Below, one piece after another: positions 39,515 to 49,630 of a stretch of 64,000 bases of DNA. The notes under the pieces were generated by a model. That model was not told where the DNA came from, ran no database searches, and worked only from the letters and a program-made list of their open reading frames with translations. The translations under genes and the position numbers were made by a program. The stretch is taken from the NCBI GenBank assembly GCA_934131175.1, contig CAKOZD010000002.1:66403-130402 (forward strand), in the 5' to 3' direction. The DNA comes from an uncultured Bacilli bacterium. GTDB taxonomy: Bacteria > Bacillota_I > Bacilli_A > RF39 > UBA660. The number at the start of each line of letters is the position of its first letter. Positions within the stretch are counted from its first letter, which is position 1.

Positions 39515-39928
39515 ATGAAAAGATTAATGGATAGTAATATTTATGATACTTTATCTACAATAATAATTGTAGGAAGTTGTTTAAAGAATATGCAACCTGA
39601 AGGATTTGAGAAGTTAAAGAAAATTTCTAATAATATATATGAATTATGTTTAGAAGAGACTCATGTTAATATGGCAATTACCAAAGTAGGTGGAATGTTA
39701 AGAACAGGTAAGGTTTCTGAATTAATTTTTGCAAGTGTTGATAAGTCTCCTCATTGTATACAACTTCATTATATTCAAGATGAGTTGAGAAAGTTAATGG
39801 ATTTATCTAATGTTTCAATTAAAAATTATGTTGTTTCTAATAATGAATTAGTTGAAGTATCAGAAGATGTTATTTCTTTATCTAAAAATTTAACAAAGTT
39901 AAATACACTTATTAGTAAAAGTGAATAA
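39515..39928 (+). CDS. hypothetical protein
   Basis: 137 aa, 4-nt gap to the upstream gene. Confidence 0.3.
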   Translation: MKRLMDSNIYDTLSTIIIVGSCLKNMQPEGFEKLKKISNNIYELCLEETHVNMAITKVGGMLRTGKVSELIFASVDKSPHCIQLHYIQDELRKLMDLSNVSIKNYVVSNNELVEVSEDVISLSKNLTKLNTLISKSE

Positions 39929-39986
39929 GATTTATTTTTTAATTTTAATATTTATGATATATTATTAATAGTAGAGGAGTGTATTT

Positions 39987-40844
39987 ATGGAAAAAAAGAA
40001 TAAGATTGGGTTAGTAACTAATATTATTTTACTATTAATTATTGTAGGTTTAGTTGGATTTATTATATATGATAAGGCTATTCTTTCTAAAGAAGTGGAT
40101 AATGATAAAGTTAATAATAATAAGCAAGAAGAATTAATTAGTGCTGATTTAAAGAAAAGTATAAGTAAAAAAATAGATTACTTAACTTATAAAGTGTCAA
40201 CTAATGGAGATGATTATTATTCACAAAATGCATATAATTTCAATTATGATTTATTAAATAGTTCTACTATGTCAAATGATAAAAAACTTTTGTTTATAAT
40301 TTCTAATCGATATGAAAGACATACTGGTCTTACTATTGGAGTAGATGAGATGGAATTACCTGATGATAATTGGAAAGATTGGGCAAAAAATAGTCAGTAT
40401 TATGAACAAAATCAAATAACACTAAGTGATGTTGAGAAAGAATATCGTAGTCTATTTGGATATGATGATATTGATTTTACTAGTGTTAAATCAAGTGCTT
40501 GTCCATCTATTACTTTTGATAAAAAGAATCAAGTATATTACTTAGATAATGCATGCGGTGGTACGACAGGTGGAGAAATTGCATCATATAAAACAAATTA
40601 TGTTACTGATGGAGATAAGTTATATGTTGATGTTTATTATGGTATAACTTTAAATAAAGATAATAATAAATTTGATTTGTGTTATAGTTTAAATAATGAT
40701 AGTTCTTGTAAAGAAGTTGATGCAATTAGTAGTCAAGTTATTACTAAATCTAATTATAAAGAATTTGAAGGATATAAATTTACTTTTAAATTAAATAAAG
40801 ACAATGAATATAATTTTATTAAAGTAGATAGTATTAAAAAGTGA
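39987..40844 (+). CDS. signal-anchored hypothetical protein, paralog-family member C
   Basis: N-terminal TM. C-terminal LFGYDD...C...NACGGTTGGEIASY...FTFKLNKD aligns with members A and B. Confidence 0.45.
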   Translation: MEKKNKIGLVTNIILLLIIVGLVGFIIYDKAILSKEVDNDKVNNNKQEELISADLKKSISKKIDYLTYKVSTNGDDYYSQNAYNFNYDLLNSSTMSNDKKLLFIISNRYERHTGLTIGVDEMELPDDNWKDWAKNSQYYEQNQITLSDVEKEYRSLFGYDDIDFTSVKSSACPSITFDKKNQVYYLDNACGGTTGGEIASYKTNYVTDGDKLYVDVYYGITLNKDNNKFDLCYSLNNDSSCKEVDAISSQVITKSNYKEFEGYKFTFKLNKDNEYNFIKVDSIKK

Positions 40845-40917
40845 AAAGCTGATTTTCACTTTTTATTTATTTTTTAGATATTTTAGTGTATAATATGACT
40901 TGTTTAGGAGGTTGTTT

Positions 40918-41481
40918 ATGGAATTAAGAGAATTAATTGAAAATTATAAGCCATATAATGAGCAAGAAAAGTGTGATAAAGAATTAATATTAGAATATAT
41001 GGATACATTTGATGATGTCCTTACAAGAGATAATAAAATGTGCCATTTTACAGCATCTAATTGGATAGTAAATAAAGAAAGAACAAAAGTATTAATGATA
41101 TATCATAATATATATGATTCATGGGCTTGGACTGGTGGACATGCTGATGGAGATAGTGATTTACTTCATGTTGCACTTAAAGAAGCAAATGAAGAGACAA
41201 GTTTAAAAAATTTGAAAGTACTAAATGATGGAATATTTGGAATGCAGATAGTTACTGTAGATAGTCATATTAAAAGAGGAAAATTTGTATCATCTCATGT
41301 ACATTTAGATTGTTGTTTCTTATTAGAAGCAGATGAAAATGAAGAATTAAAAATAAAGGAAGATGAAAATAGTGGTGTTTGTTGGGTTGATATTAATGAA
41401 GTAGAAAACTTAACAAAAGAAGAAAAAATGAAACCAATTTATAGAAAATTAAATAAAAAATTAAGAGAATTAAATATTTAA
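40918..41481 (+). CDS. NUDIX hydrolase
   Basis: Nudix box GGHADGDSDLLHVALKEANEETSL (G.5E.7REuxEExGu). ATG 40918 with a TAGGAGG SD. Confidence 0.7.
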   Translation: MELRELIENYKPYNEQEKCDKELILEYMDTFDDVLTRDNKMCHFTASNWIVNKERTKVLMIYHNIYDSWAWTGGHADGDSDLLHVALKEANEETSLKNLKVLNDGIFGMQIVTVDSHIKRGKFVSSHVHLDCCFLLEADENEELKIKEDENSGVCWVDINEVENLTKEEKMKPIYRKLNKKLRELNI

Positions 41482-41563
41482 TTTATGAAGTACTTTTGTA
41501 CTTCTTTTTTTGACAATTGTTTAAAAATAAAATATAATATTTTAACTAAAAAGGGTGAATATT

Positions 41564-42286
41564 ATGATAGCTATTAAAGGTGTTAATGATGATGAGATAA
41601 TGAGAAGGTTTATAGAGTTTAAGAAAAGATACTTAGATGCTTACAGAGAGTTTGATAGAAATTTAGCAGATTATATTGAAGATAATTTTTTTACGTTTGT
41701 TTATTCTCCAGCAGCACCTGATGTTTTAATGCAGGTATATGAATTATGTGGAATAGAATCACAGGATGGAACTTTTTATAATGCTCATTTAGATAGATTA
41801 AAAGATATTTATGGACTTGATAAGAATATTGTAGAAGTAGCATCAGGTGTAATACCTAGTTTTGCAAAAAAGATTTATAAAGAACAAATGAGGCTAGGTA
41901 AAGGAACAATTACTATATATGAACCAGATTTATTATTTGAAAAAGAAGAGTCTTGTCCTAAGATGGTAATCAATAGAAAGAATTTTAATTCCACTTGTAA
42001 TATTAAAGATAGTGATTTGATTGCAGGATTATTTCCATGTGAGGCTACAGAACCTATTATTGAAGAAGCATGTAAATATGATAAAGATTTCTATGTTGCG
42101 ATGTGTGGTTGTGTACATTTTAGAAATGCTAATATTCCTTATAGTGAAAGTAATAGTAGATTATACCAAAGTTATGTAATAGATTTAGCAGATAGACTTG
42201 TTAGTAGCAATAAAGAATTAGTAGTAGATATGCTTGATGACAAATATATGGTTCCATATCCAATAATTTATACAAAGAAAAAATAA
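41564..42286 (+). CDS. hypothetical Cys-containing protein
   Basis: ATG 41564 with an AAGGGTGA SD. CEATEP...CKYD...CGCVHF cysteine cluster. No known family assigned. Confidence 0.35.
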   Translation: MIAIKGVNDDEIMRRFIEFKKRYLDAYREFDRNLADYIEDNFFTFVYSPAAPDVLMQVYELCGIESQDGTFYNAHLDRLKDIYGLDKNIVEVASGVIPSFAKKIYKEQMRLGKGTITIYEPDLLFEKEESCPKMVINRKNFNSTCNIKDSDLIAGLFPCEATEPIIEEACKYDKDFYVAMCGCVHFRNANIPYSESNSRLYQSYVIDLADRLVSSNKELVVDMLDDKYMVPYPIIYTKKK

Positions 42287-42295
42287 TATACTTTG

Positions 42296-42322
42296 ACATG
42301 TTTTAATAGAAAAACATGTTTT
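42296..42322. terminator. perfect 9-bp inverted repeat (ACATGTTTT-N5/N9-AAAACATGT), terminator-like
   Basis: GACATGTTTTAATAGAAAAACATGTTTTTAATTG. The hairpin plus T-run sits between the gene at 41564 and the response regulator. Confidence 0.4.
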
Positions 42323-42503
42323 TAATTGTTTAAAAAGTTATACTTTAGTATTTAGTGTATTTTTAGAAAGGGATAATTTATAAGAGAGGATAGATTATAC
42401 TCTTTTTCTTACAAAATTGTAATATACTTAGGAACATAAATTTATTTAAATAGTGTTATAATATAAGCAATTAAAAGTAATTAGAAATATTATGGTGAGT
42501 AAG

Positions 42504-43166
42504 ATGAAGAAAATATTAATTGTAGAAGATGAAGAAGTAATTAGAAATGAACTTAAAACATTACTAGAAAACTCAGGGTATCAAGTTTTTGTACTTGATA
42601 AGTTTAATGATACTAAGAATGATATTATGAATATTAAGTGTGATTTAATTTTACTTGATATTAATCTACCTAATATAAATGGAGAAGTAATATTAAAAGA
42701 AGTTAGAAAAGAGTCTAATATTCCTATTATTATGGTTACTAGTAGAGCACTTGAAGTAGATGAGGTTTTATCTATGTCATATGGAGCAGATGATTATATT
42801 ATTAAGCCATATAATCCAACTATATTATTACTTAGAATACAAAATGTATTTAAGAGAATGGAAAATAATAGAGATGATTTATTTTATGATGATATTGTTG
42901 TGAATGCAAAGAAAGGTTATTTAGAAAGAGATGGTAAAGTATTAGAACTTACAAAGAATGAGATGATTATATTTACTTATCTTTTAAGTAATAGAGGAAG
43001 AATTGTTACTCGTGATGATTTAATGACTGATTTATGGAATAATAATGAATATATAAATGATAATGCTTTAACAGTAAATATAAGTAGATTAAGAAATAAA
43101 TTACAAGACTTTGGACTTTCAAGTAGAATCGAAACGAAAAAAGGATTAGGGTATAAATTATTATGA
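42504..43166 (+). CDS. OmpR-family response regulator (BceR-like)
   Basis: Receiver motifs (MKKILIVEDEE, LILLDINLP phospho-Asp, IIMVTSR) and winged-helix C-terminus. ATG 42504 follows GGTGAG. ATG 42492 is an alternative. Confidence 0.8.
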   Translation: MKKILIVEDEEVIRNELKTLLENSGYQVFVLDKFNDTKNDIMNIKCDLILLDINLPNINGEVILKEVRKESNIPIIMVTSRALEVDEVLSMSYGADDYIIKPYNPTILLLRIQNVFKRMENNRDDLFYDDIVVNAKKGYLERDGKVLELTKNEMIIFTYLLSNRGRIVTRDDLMTDLWNNNEYINDNALTVNISRLRNKLQDFGLSSRIETKKGLGYKLL

Positions 43167-44182
43167 GTTTTAAAAAATATTTATTAGATAAAAGTTTACA
43201 AATATTAATTACTTTTTCTGGATTTATAATTATTATATTATTATTAAATGCTTTTAAAGTAGAAATAGATTTAAAGATTGCGATTATTGTTATATTTTTT
43301 ATAGTGATAGTTTTAAATACAATTTTTGATTATTATAAGAGAAATAGTTTTTATAAAAAGATATTAAATATACTTAGTAATTTAGATAAGAAGTATTTGG
43401 TACTTGAGATGATTAATAAACCTAATTTTTATGAAGGAGAATTATTTTATCAAATACTTTATGATATTAATAAGTCTATGTGTGAGAATGTTAAAGAGTA
43501 TAGTTTAAGTATTGATGACTTTAAAGAGTTTGTAGAGATGTGGATACATGAAGTAAAAATTCCTATTTCTAGTTTAATACTTCTTAATCATAATCATTCT
43601 AATGAGATTGATAAAAAGTATGTAGAACAAATTAGAAGACTTGATAATTATGTTGATCAAATATTATATTATGTACGTAGTGAGAATGCTGAGAAAGATT
43701 ATATTATAAAAGAGAAGAGTCTAAGTGAGATTGTTAAAAATGTAGCATTAAAGAATAAAGATGATTTATTAGAAAATGATGTAAGACTTGATGTTTCTAT
43801 TCATGATGAGTTAGTTTTAACGGATGCGAAATGGTTAGAGTTTATTTTGAATCAGATTATTAATAATAGTATTAAATATAAAAGAGATGGTGTTGATTCA
43901 TTTATAAAGATTGAAGCAGAAAAAAAAGATGACAAGGTATTTTTAAGTATTACTGATAATGGTATTGGTATTCCTGATAGCGATATTTCTAGAGTATTTG
44001 AGAAGTCTTTTACTGGTATTAATGGAAGAGTTAGAGCAAAATCTACTGGTATGGGACTTTATATTGTTGATAATTTATGTAAAAAGTTGGGCCATAAAAT
44101 AATGATTGAGTCATGTGTTTCTTCTTATACTAAAATTACCATTGTATTTTCTTTAGGTGGTTTTTATAAGATTAATGATTAG
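43163..44182 (+). CDS. intramembrane-sensing histidine kinase (BceS-like)
   Basis: Two N-terminal TM helices with a minimal loop. H-box region. HATPase_c (ITDNGIGIP, GTGMGLYIV). Overlaps the RR stop by 4 nt. Confidence 0.75.
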   Translation: MSFKKYLLDKSLQILITFSGFIIIILLLNAFKVEIDLKIAIIVIFFIVIVLNTIFDYYKRNSFYKKILNILSNLDKKYLVLEMINKPNFYEGELFYQILYDINKSMCENVKEYSLSIDDFKEFVEMWIHEVKIPISSLILLNHNHSNEIDKKYVEQIRRLDNYVDQILYYVRSENAEKDYIIKEKSLSEIVKNVALKNKDDLLENDVRLDVSIHDELVLTDAKWLEFILNQIINNSIKYKRDGVDSFIKIEAEKKDDKVFLSITDNGIGIPDSDISRVFEKSFTGINGRVRAKSTGMGLYIVDNLCKKLGHKIMIESCVSSYTKITIVFSLGGFYKIND

Positions 44183-44295
44183 TTTTCAATTATCAATTAT
44201 TTTAAAGTTACGAAATTGTAATGATTTGTAATATTAGAAGTGGGATTAATATTTTTTCTTATACTACAATGTATAAAGAAAGGAGATATTATATT

Positions 44296-45063
44296 ATGAG
44301 TGAAATTTTAAAAATTGATAAGATTGAGAAATATTATGGTAATAAGTCTAGTCTTACAAAAGCAATTGATAATTTATCATTTAATGTGGAAGAGGGAGAG
44401 TTTGTTGCGATAATGGGAGCAAGTGGCTCTGGAAAGACTACTCTTTTAAATTGTATTTCAACAATTGATAAAGTTACGTCTGGGCATATTTATGTTGCGG
44501 GTAATGACATTACAAAATTAAGAGGAAATAGTCTAAATAAGTTTAGAAGGGAAGAGTTAGGTTTTATATTTCAAGATTTTAATTTACTTGATACTTTGAC
44601 AGCTTATGAAAATATTGCTCTTGCTTTGTCTATTCAAAATGTTAAAGAAGAAGAGATATCTGATAGGATTAAAAGAGTTGCGAAGGAGTTAGATATTAAT
44701 AGTGTTTTAGAAAAATATCCATATCAAATGAGCGGAGGTCAAAAGCAAAGAGTTGCGAGTGCTAGAGCAATTATTACTAATCCAAAATTAATACTTGCAG
44801 ATGAGCCAACTGGAGCACTTGACTCTAAGTCTTCTAAAATGTTACTTGAAAAATTTAATTATTTAAATAAAGAGAATAAAGCAACTATTCTTATGGTTAC
44901 ACATGATGCTTTTACAGCAAGTTATTCATCTAGAGTTATCTTTATAAAAGATGGAAAGATTTTTAATGAGATTAGAAGAGGCAATGATTCAAGACGAGAA
45001 TTCTTTGATAAGATAATTGATGTTGTGACAATGCTTGGTGGTGATTTAAGTGATGCTCTTTAA
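44296..45063 (+). CDS. ABC transporter ATP-binding protein (BceA/MacB-type)
   Basis: Walker A GASGSGKTT, signature MSGGQKQR, Walker B LILADEPTGALD. ATG 44296 with an AGGAG SD. Confidence 0.8.
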   Translation: MSEILKIDKIEKYYGNKSSLTKAIDNLSFNVEEGEFVAIMGASGSGKTTLLNCISTIDKVTSGHIYVAGNDITKLRGNSLNKFRREELGFIFQDFNLLDTLTAYENIALALSIQNVKEEEISDRIKRVAKELDINSVLEKYPYQMSGGQKQRVASARAIITNPKLILADEPTGALDSKSSKMLLEKFNYLNKENKATILMVTHDAFTASYSSRVIFIKDGKIFNEIRRGNDSRREFFDKIIDVVTMLGGDLSDAL

Positions 45064-47089
45064 GTTATCATTAAAGAACATAAGAAAAAGTATAAAAGAT
45101 TATGCAATTTACTTTTTTACTTTAATTCTTGGTGTTGCGATATTTTATGTATTTAATGCGATTGATGATCAAACTGTCATGTTGAATGTTTCAAAGTCAA
45201 CAGCTGACATAATAAAACTTTTAACAAATATACTTTCTGGAGTTAGTGTATTTGTATCATTTATATTAGCTTTTTTAATTATTTATGCGAGTAGATTTTT
45301 AATAAAAAGAAGAAATAAAGAATTTGGAATATACTTAACACTTGGAATGAGTAAGAGAAAAATATCTTTAATATTATTTTTTGAAACATTAATTATTGGT
45401 ATTTTTTCACTTGTTGTTGGTATTGGAGTTGGAACTTTATTATCACAATTCATGAGTGTAATAGTTGCGAATATGTTTGAAGCAAAATTAACTAAATTTA
45501 CTTTTATATTTTCTAGTGGAGCTTGTGTAAAAACTCTTTTATATTTTGGTATTATGTATTTTGTTGTAATGATTTTTAATACAATAAATATTAGTAAATG
45601 CAAATTAATTGATTTGATACATTCAAGTAAAAAGTCAGAAAAAATAAAACTTAAGAATCCAGTTATTTGTACAATTATTTTTATTTTATCTTGTATTATG
45701 TTAGGTTATGCATATTATTTAGTTGTTGGAGATACTTCAACTTTAAGTGATAAGAAGTTATATACTTCTATTGCCTTTGGAGGAGTATCTACATTCTTTA
45801 TATTCTGGTCATTATCTGGACTACTTTTAAAGATTTTTATGAGTATGAAAAAAGTATATTATAAGAAATTGAATAGTTTTACGTTAAGACAATTTTCTAG
45901 TAAAATAAATACAACTGTTTTTTCAACAACAATTATTTGTTTGATGCTTTTTATAACTATTTGTGTTTTATCAAGTGCATTATCAATGAAAAATTCTTTG
46001 AATAAGAATCTAACTACTTTTTCCCCAAGAGACGTTGAGTTTACTCAAATTGTTCATGATTCTAATGATTTAGAGTTAAGTGATATTCAAAGAGAGAATG
46101 CTAAGTTAAGTTTAGATGAAATACTTAATAAAAAAGGATTTGATTTAAGAAAAGAATTAAAAAATATAACTTATTTTTCACTTTATTATGATGAGGGTAT
46201 TACTCTAAAAACATCTTTAGGTTCATATTATGATAAAGTAAAAAAGTCATATCCTTATTTAAAGTATGATACGCCTATTATTTTAATGAAAAATAGTGAT
46301 TATAATAAGGTTGCGGAGAGCCTAAATTTAGAGAAAGTTAATTTATTAGATAATCAATATGTTGTAGTGGGCAACTATAAAGAAATGATTAATATAAAGA
46401 ATGAAGCTTTGAAGAAAAATGTTAAGGTTACTATTAATAATAAAGATTATTTTCCTAAATATAAAAAAGCAATATATGGTTTTTATGAGATGGGTGTTCA
46501 AGAAAGTGAAGTAGGATTTATGGTTTTACCAGATGATGCTTTAAAGGATAATGTTGCAAGTTTTAATAGAGTGATTGCTGATTATAATGGTGAGGCTAGT
46601 AAGGTAGAAGAATGTCTTGACTCTATAATGAAAAGTGATAAATTTTATTCAGATTATTTTGTAGCATATAATACTAAAGATGATTTACGTGAAGCAAGTG
46701 TTGGCTTAGGTGCTTTAGTTACATTTTTAGGATTATATCTTGGAATTATCTTTTTAATATCATGTGCTGCAATACTCGCTTTAAAAGAGTTATCTGAATC
46801 CAGTGATAATGCTTTAAAGTTTAATATGTTAAGAAGGCTTGGTGTTGATGAGAAGATGATTAATAAAACTTTATTTACTCAAATTGGTATATTTTTTATG
46901 TTTCCATTGATGCTTGCTATTATACATTCTATATTTGGTATTATGTTTTGTAATATTCTTTTAAAGAGTATGGGTATTAGTTTTAATTTAATGGCTGTTA
47001 TTTTAACTGCAATTTTAATAGTTATTATTTATGGAGGATATTTCTTAGTAACTTATTTTTGTAGTAAAAATATTATTAAAGAGAAGTAA
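45053..47089 (+). CDS. ABC transporter permease, FtsX-like with large extracellular domain (BceB-type)
   Basis: About 10 TM segments with a roughly 230-aa extracellular loop. Overlaps the ATPase gene. The RR-HK-ABC arrangement is diagnostic of Bce-like peptide-antibiotic sensing/detox modules. Confidence 0.75.
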   Translation: MLFKLSLKNIRKSIKDYAIYFFTLILGVAIFYVFNAIDDQTVMLNVSKSTADIIKLLTNILSGVSVFVSFILAFLIIYASRFLIKRRNKEFGIYLTLGMSKRKISLILFFETLIIGIFSLVVGIGVGTLLSQFMSVIVANMFEAKLTKFTFIFSSGACVKTLLYFGIMYFVVMIFNTINISKCKLIDLIHSSKKSEKIKLKNPVICTIIFILSCIMLGYAYYLVVGDTSTLSDKKLYTSIAFGGVSTFFIFWSLSGLLLKIFMSMKKVYYKKLNSFTLRQFSSKINTTVFSTTIICLMLFITICVLSSALSMKNSLNKNLTTFSPRDVEFTQIVHDSNDLELSDIQRENAKLSLDEILNKKGFDLRKELKNITYFSLYYDEGITLKTSLGSYYDKVKKSYPYLKYDTPIILMKNSDYNKVAESLNLEKVNLLDNQYVVVGNYKEMINIKNEALKKNVKVTINNKDYFPKYKKAIYGFYEMGVQESEVGFMVLPDDALKDNVASFNRVIADYNGEASKVEECLDSIMKSDKFYSDYFVAYNTKDDLREASVGLGALVTFLGLYLGIIFLISCAAILALKELSESSDNALKFNMLRRLGVDEKMINKTLFTQIGIFFMFPLMLAIIHSIFGIMFCNILLKSMGISFNLMAVILTAILIVIIYGGYFLVTYFCSKNIIKEK

Positions 47090-47101
47090 GACTTTATGTT
47101 T

Positions 47102-47133
47102 AAGGATTAGTTTAAGACTAGTCCTTTAATTTT
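47102..47133 (+). terminator. terminator-like hairpin after the permease gene
   Basis: AAGGATTAG-TTTAAGA-CTAGTCCTT (one mismatch) followed by TAATTTT. Confidence 0.4.
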
Positions 47134-47156
47134 ATAATTTATGAGGAAGTGATTTT

Positions 47157-47612
47157 ATGAAAAGAATAGTAATTATTATTAGTATAGTTTTTATTTCATT
47201 AATTGTTTGTGGTTGTTCTAAAAAGGAAGTAATTAATGAGTTTGATAATACTATTAAAATGATTAGTGATAATATATTAACTAAGGATGAAAGATTAGTT
47301 GGAGATAGAGTTTTTGGAGTAGACCACTATGTTGGAACTTATAAGGCGAATTATAAAGATTTTAGTAGTGAAGAAATATTATTTGGAGGAACTACTATTG
47401 AGAGAAAAAAAGGTGGTGTTATTCACGTTAAACTAACTATTAAAGGAGATAGTGGAAGTATTAAAGTTATTGCTAGATTAAAAGGAGAAGATAAAGTTTT
47501 AGGAGATAAGAATGGTATATATGAAGTTGATTTAAATGTATTAGATGGAAGTAATTTTATTATAGTTAAAGGAGATAAATTTAGTGGTATTTTACAATTA
47601 GAAATAGAGTAG
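47157..47612 (+). CDS. lipoprotein (hypothetical)
   Basis: Lipobox LIVCGC at residues 15-20. 151 aa. Confidence 0.45.
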   Translation: MKRIVIIISIVFISLIVCGCSKKEVINEFDNTIKMISDNILTKDERLVGDRVFGVDHYVGTYKANYKDFSSEEILFGGTTIERKKGGVIHVKLTIKGDSGSIKVIARLKGEDKVLGDKNGIYEVDLNVLDGSNFIIVKGDKFSGILQLEIE

Positions 47613-47692
47613 GTAATTGTTTAATAAATTTATAAATTATTGATTATTTATGTATGATATAATATTTATATGTTTATTGGATGGTGTTTATT

Positions 47693-48259
47693 ATGAGGGA
47701 TTGGACTTCTTATCAAGAAAAAAGTCTAAATGGTGAAGTTTGTCGTTTATTAAAATATTTTGTGAATCATTATACTGGTTATAAAACAATTGTTGATTTA
47801 GGCTGTGGTGCAGGTAATGAAGTTGTCTATATGTTGAAGAAGGGTTTTTTCGTTACCGCGATAGATAGACAATTAAATAGAAATTATATTTTAGATAGAA
47901 TTGATAATTCTTTAGTTAATAAAGTTTCTTTTATAGAACACGATTTTGTAGGACTTAATATTCCTAAGTGTGATGTTTTAATGTCTTTTTTTAGTATTCC
48001 TTTTTGTAAGATAGAATATTTTGATACTTTATGGAATAATATATATAATTCTATAAATGATAATGGATATTTTGTTGGTCAATTATTTGGCGAGAGAGAT
48101 GATTTAAGATTAGTTGGTGATATTAATGTTTTTTCTAAAGATGAAGCGCTTAAATATTTAAATAGATATGAATTTTTATATTTTAAGGAGTTTGATTTTG
48201 TTAGAGAGACTGATAATAAAAAATGGCATTTTTTTAATTTTATTGTGAGAAAAAAGTAA
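47693..48259 (+). CDS. small class I SAM-dependent methyltransferase (TehB-like)
   Basis: VDLGCGAGNE motif I and acidic VTAID motif II. No DNA-MTase DPPY/NPPY motif. Confidence 0.6.
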   Translation: MRDWTSYQEKSLNGEVCRLLKYFVNHYTGYKTIVDLGCGAGNEVVYMLKKGFFVTAIDRQLNRNYILDRIDNSLVNKVSFIEHDFVGLNIPKCDVLMSFFSIPFCKIEYFDTLWNNIYNSINDNGYFVGQLFGERDDLRLVGDINVFSKDEALKYLNRYEFLYFKEFDFVRETDNKKWHFFNFIVRKK

Positions 48260-48291
48260 CGTATAAATAATTATTGATTTGAGGTGTATTT

Positions 48292-49071
48292 ATGGATAAT
48301 AGAAAATTGTTAGAAAGTATTAAGAAAATAGTTTATGAATGTGGGAAGATTATTGTTAGTGCAGATAGTGATTCTTTAGATATAGAATTAAAAGAGGGTA
48401 ATAATAATGTTGTAACTAATTATGATAAGTTAGTTCAAAATACTTTGAAGGAAAAGTTAACTGCATTAATTCCTGGTTCAGTATTTTTTGGAGAAGAAAA
48501 TAATGAGTATGTAGATGATGTTTCTACTTTAGAAAATGTCTTTATTGTAGATCCAATTGATGGTACAACTAATTTTTCTAGAGGATTTAAGACAAGTTCA
48601 ATTTCTGTTGCATTAGTTAAAAATAATCAACCTGTTATTGGAGTTTGTTATAATCCTTATACTGATGAGATGTATAGTGCGATTAAGGGTGCTGGAGCAT
48701 ATTTAAATGATAAAAAAATATATGTATCTAATGAATGTTTAAAGAATGGTATTTTGTTATCTGGATGTTCTCCATATTATGATGATTTAAGAAGAAAATC
48801 AATTGAGATTCATTCTAAGTTTTGTTCAGTTGCGAGTGATTATAGAAGATTTGGTAGTGCAGTATTAGAAATATGCAGTATCGCAAGTGGTAAGGCAGAA
48901 GTTTATTTTGAACTTAAATTAATGCCTTGGGATTATGCAGCTGCTTCATTAATATTAGAAGAAGCAGGTGGTAAGATAAGTACAATTAATGGAGATGCAC
49001 TACAATATAATAATCCAACTTCAGTACTTGCGAGTAATGGTGTAGAAGATTATTTAGAATATATAAATTAA
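48292..49071 (+). CDS. inositol monophosphatase family protein
   Basis: FGEE, IVDPIDGTTNF and WDYAAASLILEEAGG motifs. Confidence 0.75.
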   Translation: MDNRKLLESIKKIVYECGKIIVSADSDSLDIELKEGNNNVVTNYDKLVQNTLKEKLTALIPGSVFFGEENNEYVDDVSTLENVFIVDPIDGTTNFSRGFKTSSISVALVKNNQPVIGVCYNPYTDEMYSAIKGAGAYLNDKKIYVSNECLKNGILLSGCSPYYDDLRRKSIEIHSKFCSVASDYRRFGSAVLEICSIASGKAEVYFELKLMPWDYAAASLILEEAGGKISTINGDALQYNNPTSVLASNGVEDYLEYIN

Positions 49072-49092
49072 TATTTTAGTAATGGTGGTATT

Positions 49093-49581
49093 ATGAAAGA
49101 AAAATATATTATAATAATAATTGTTGTATTACTTACTTTATTAAGTTTTATTGGTAAAAACATATTTATAAATTATGTTAATTATGACTGGGATGCAGTG
49201 AAGGATAATAAATATGTAAAAATTAATAAAAGTAATTTAGAAGTTTTTAAAAAGTATGATGACTATATGCAATATTATTCTGATTTTAAAGATAATAATT
49301 CAAAAAGAAAATATTATTTTAAGAATACTTTTTCTAAAAATAATATATATGTTTTGAAATATAATACAAAGTTATGTGGCGAAAAAATACTAAAAACAAA
49401 ATTAAAAACAAAAGGAAATACTGCTAATATTTATTTAGATATAGATGGAGGTTGTGGTTTTTGTTCTCCTGATGATATTTATAAAACATTTAAAATTAAT
49501 AAAAAAATTAAAAAAGTTAACGTCTATTCTAAGATTGTAAGAAAGCCTTTTTGCCTAGAGTATGACCAAGTACAAAAATAG
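49093..49581 (+). CDS. signal-anchored hypothetical protein with four Cys (CGEK..DGGCGFC..PFC)
   Basis: N-terminal TM. 162 aa. Lys/Tyr-rich. Convergent with the radical SAM gene. Confidence 0.35.
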   Translation: MKEKYIIIIIVVLLTLLSFIGKNIFINYVNYDWDAVKDNKYVKINKSNLEVFKKYDDYMQYYSDFKDNNSKRKYYFKNTFSKNNIYVLKYNTKLCGEKILKTKLKTKGNTANIYLDIDGGCGFCSPDDIYKTFKINKKIKKVNVYSKIVRKPFCLEYDQVQK

Positions 49582-49601
49582 AAATCTAAATTACAAATAT
49601 A

Positions 49602-49630
49602 AAAACTCATATCAAATTGATATGAGTTTT
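49602..49630. terminator. bidirectional terminator between convergent genes
   Basis: AAAACTCATATC-AAATT-GATATGAGTTTT perfect 12-bp stem flanked by A/T runs on both strands. Confidence 0.55.

Noticed and set aside
45283-45603. 106-aa - strand ORF within the BceB-like permease gene
   Set aside because: Antisense to a TM-helix-rich coding region. Spurious.
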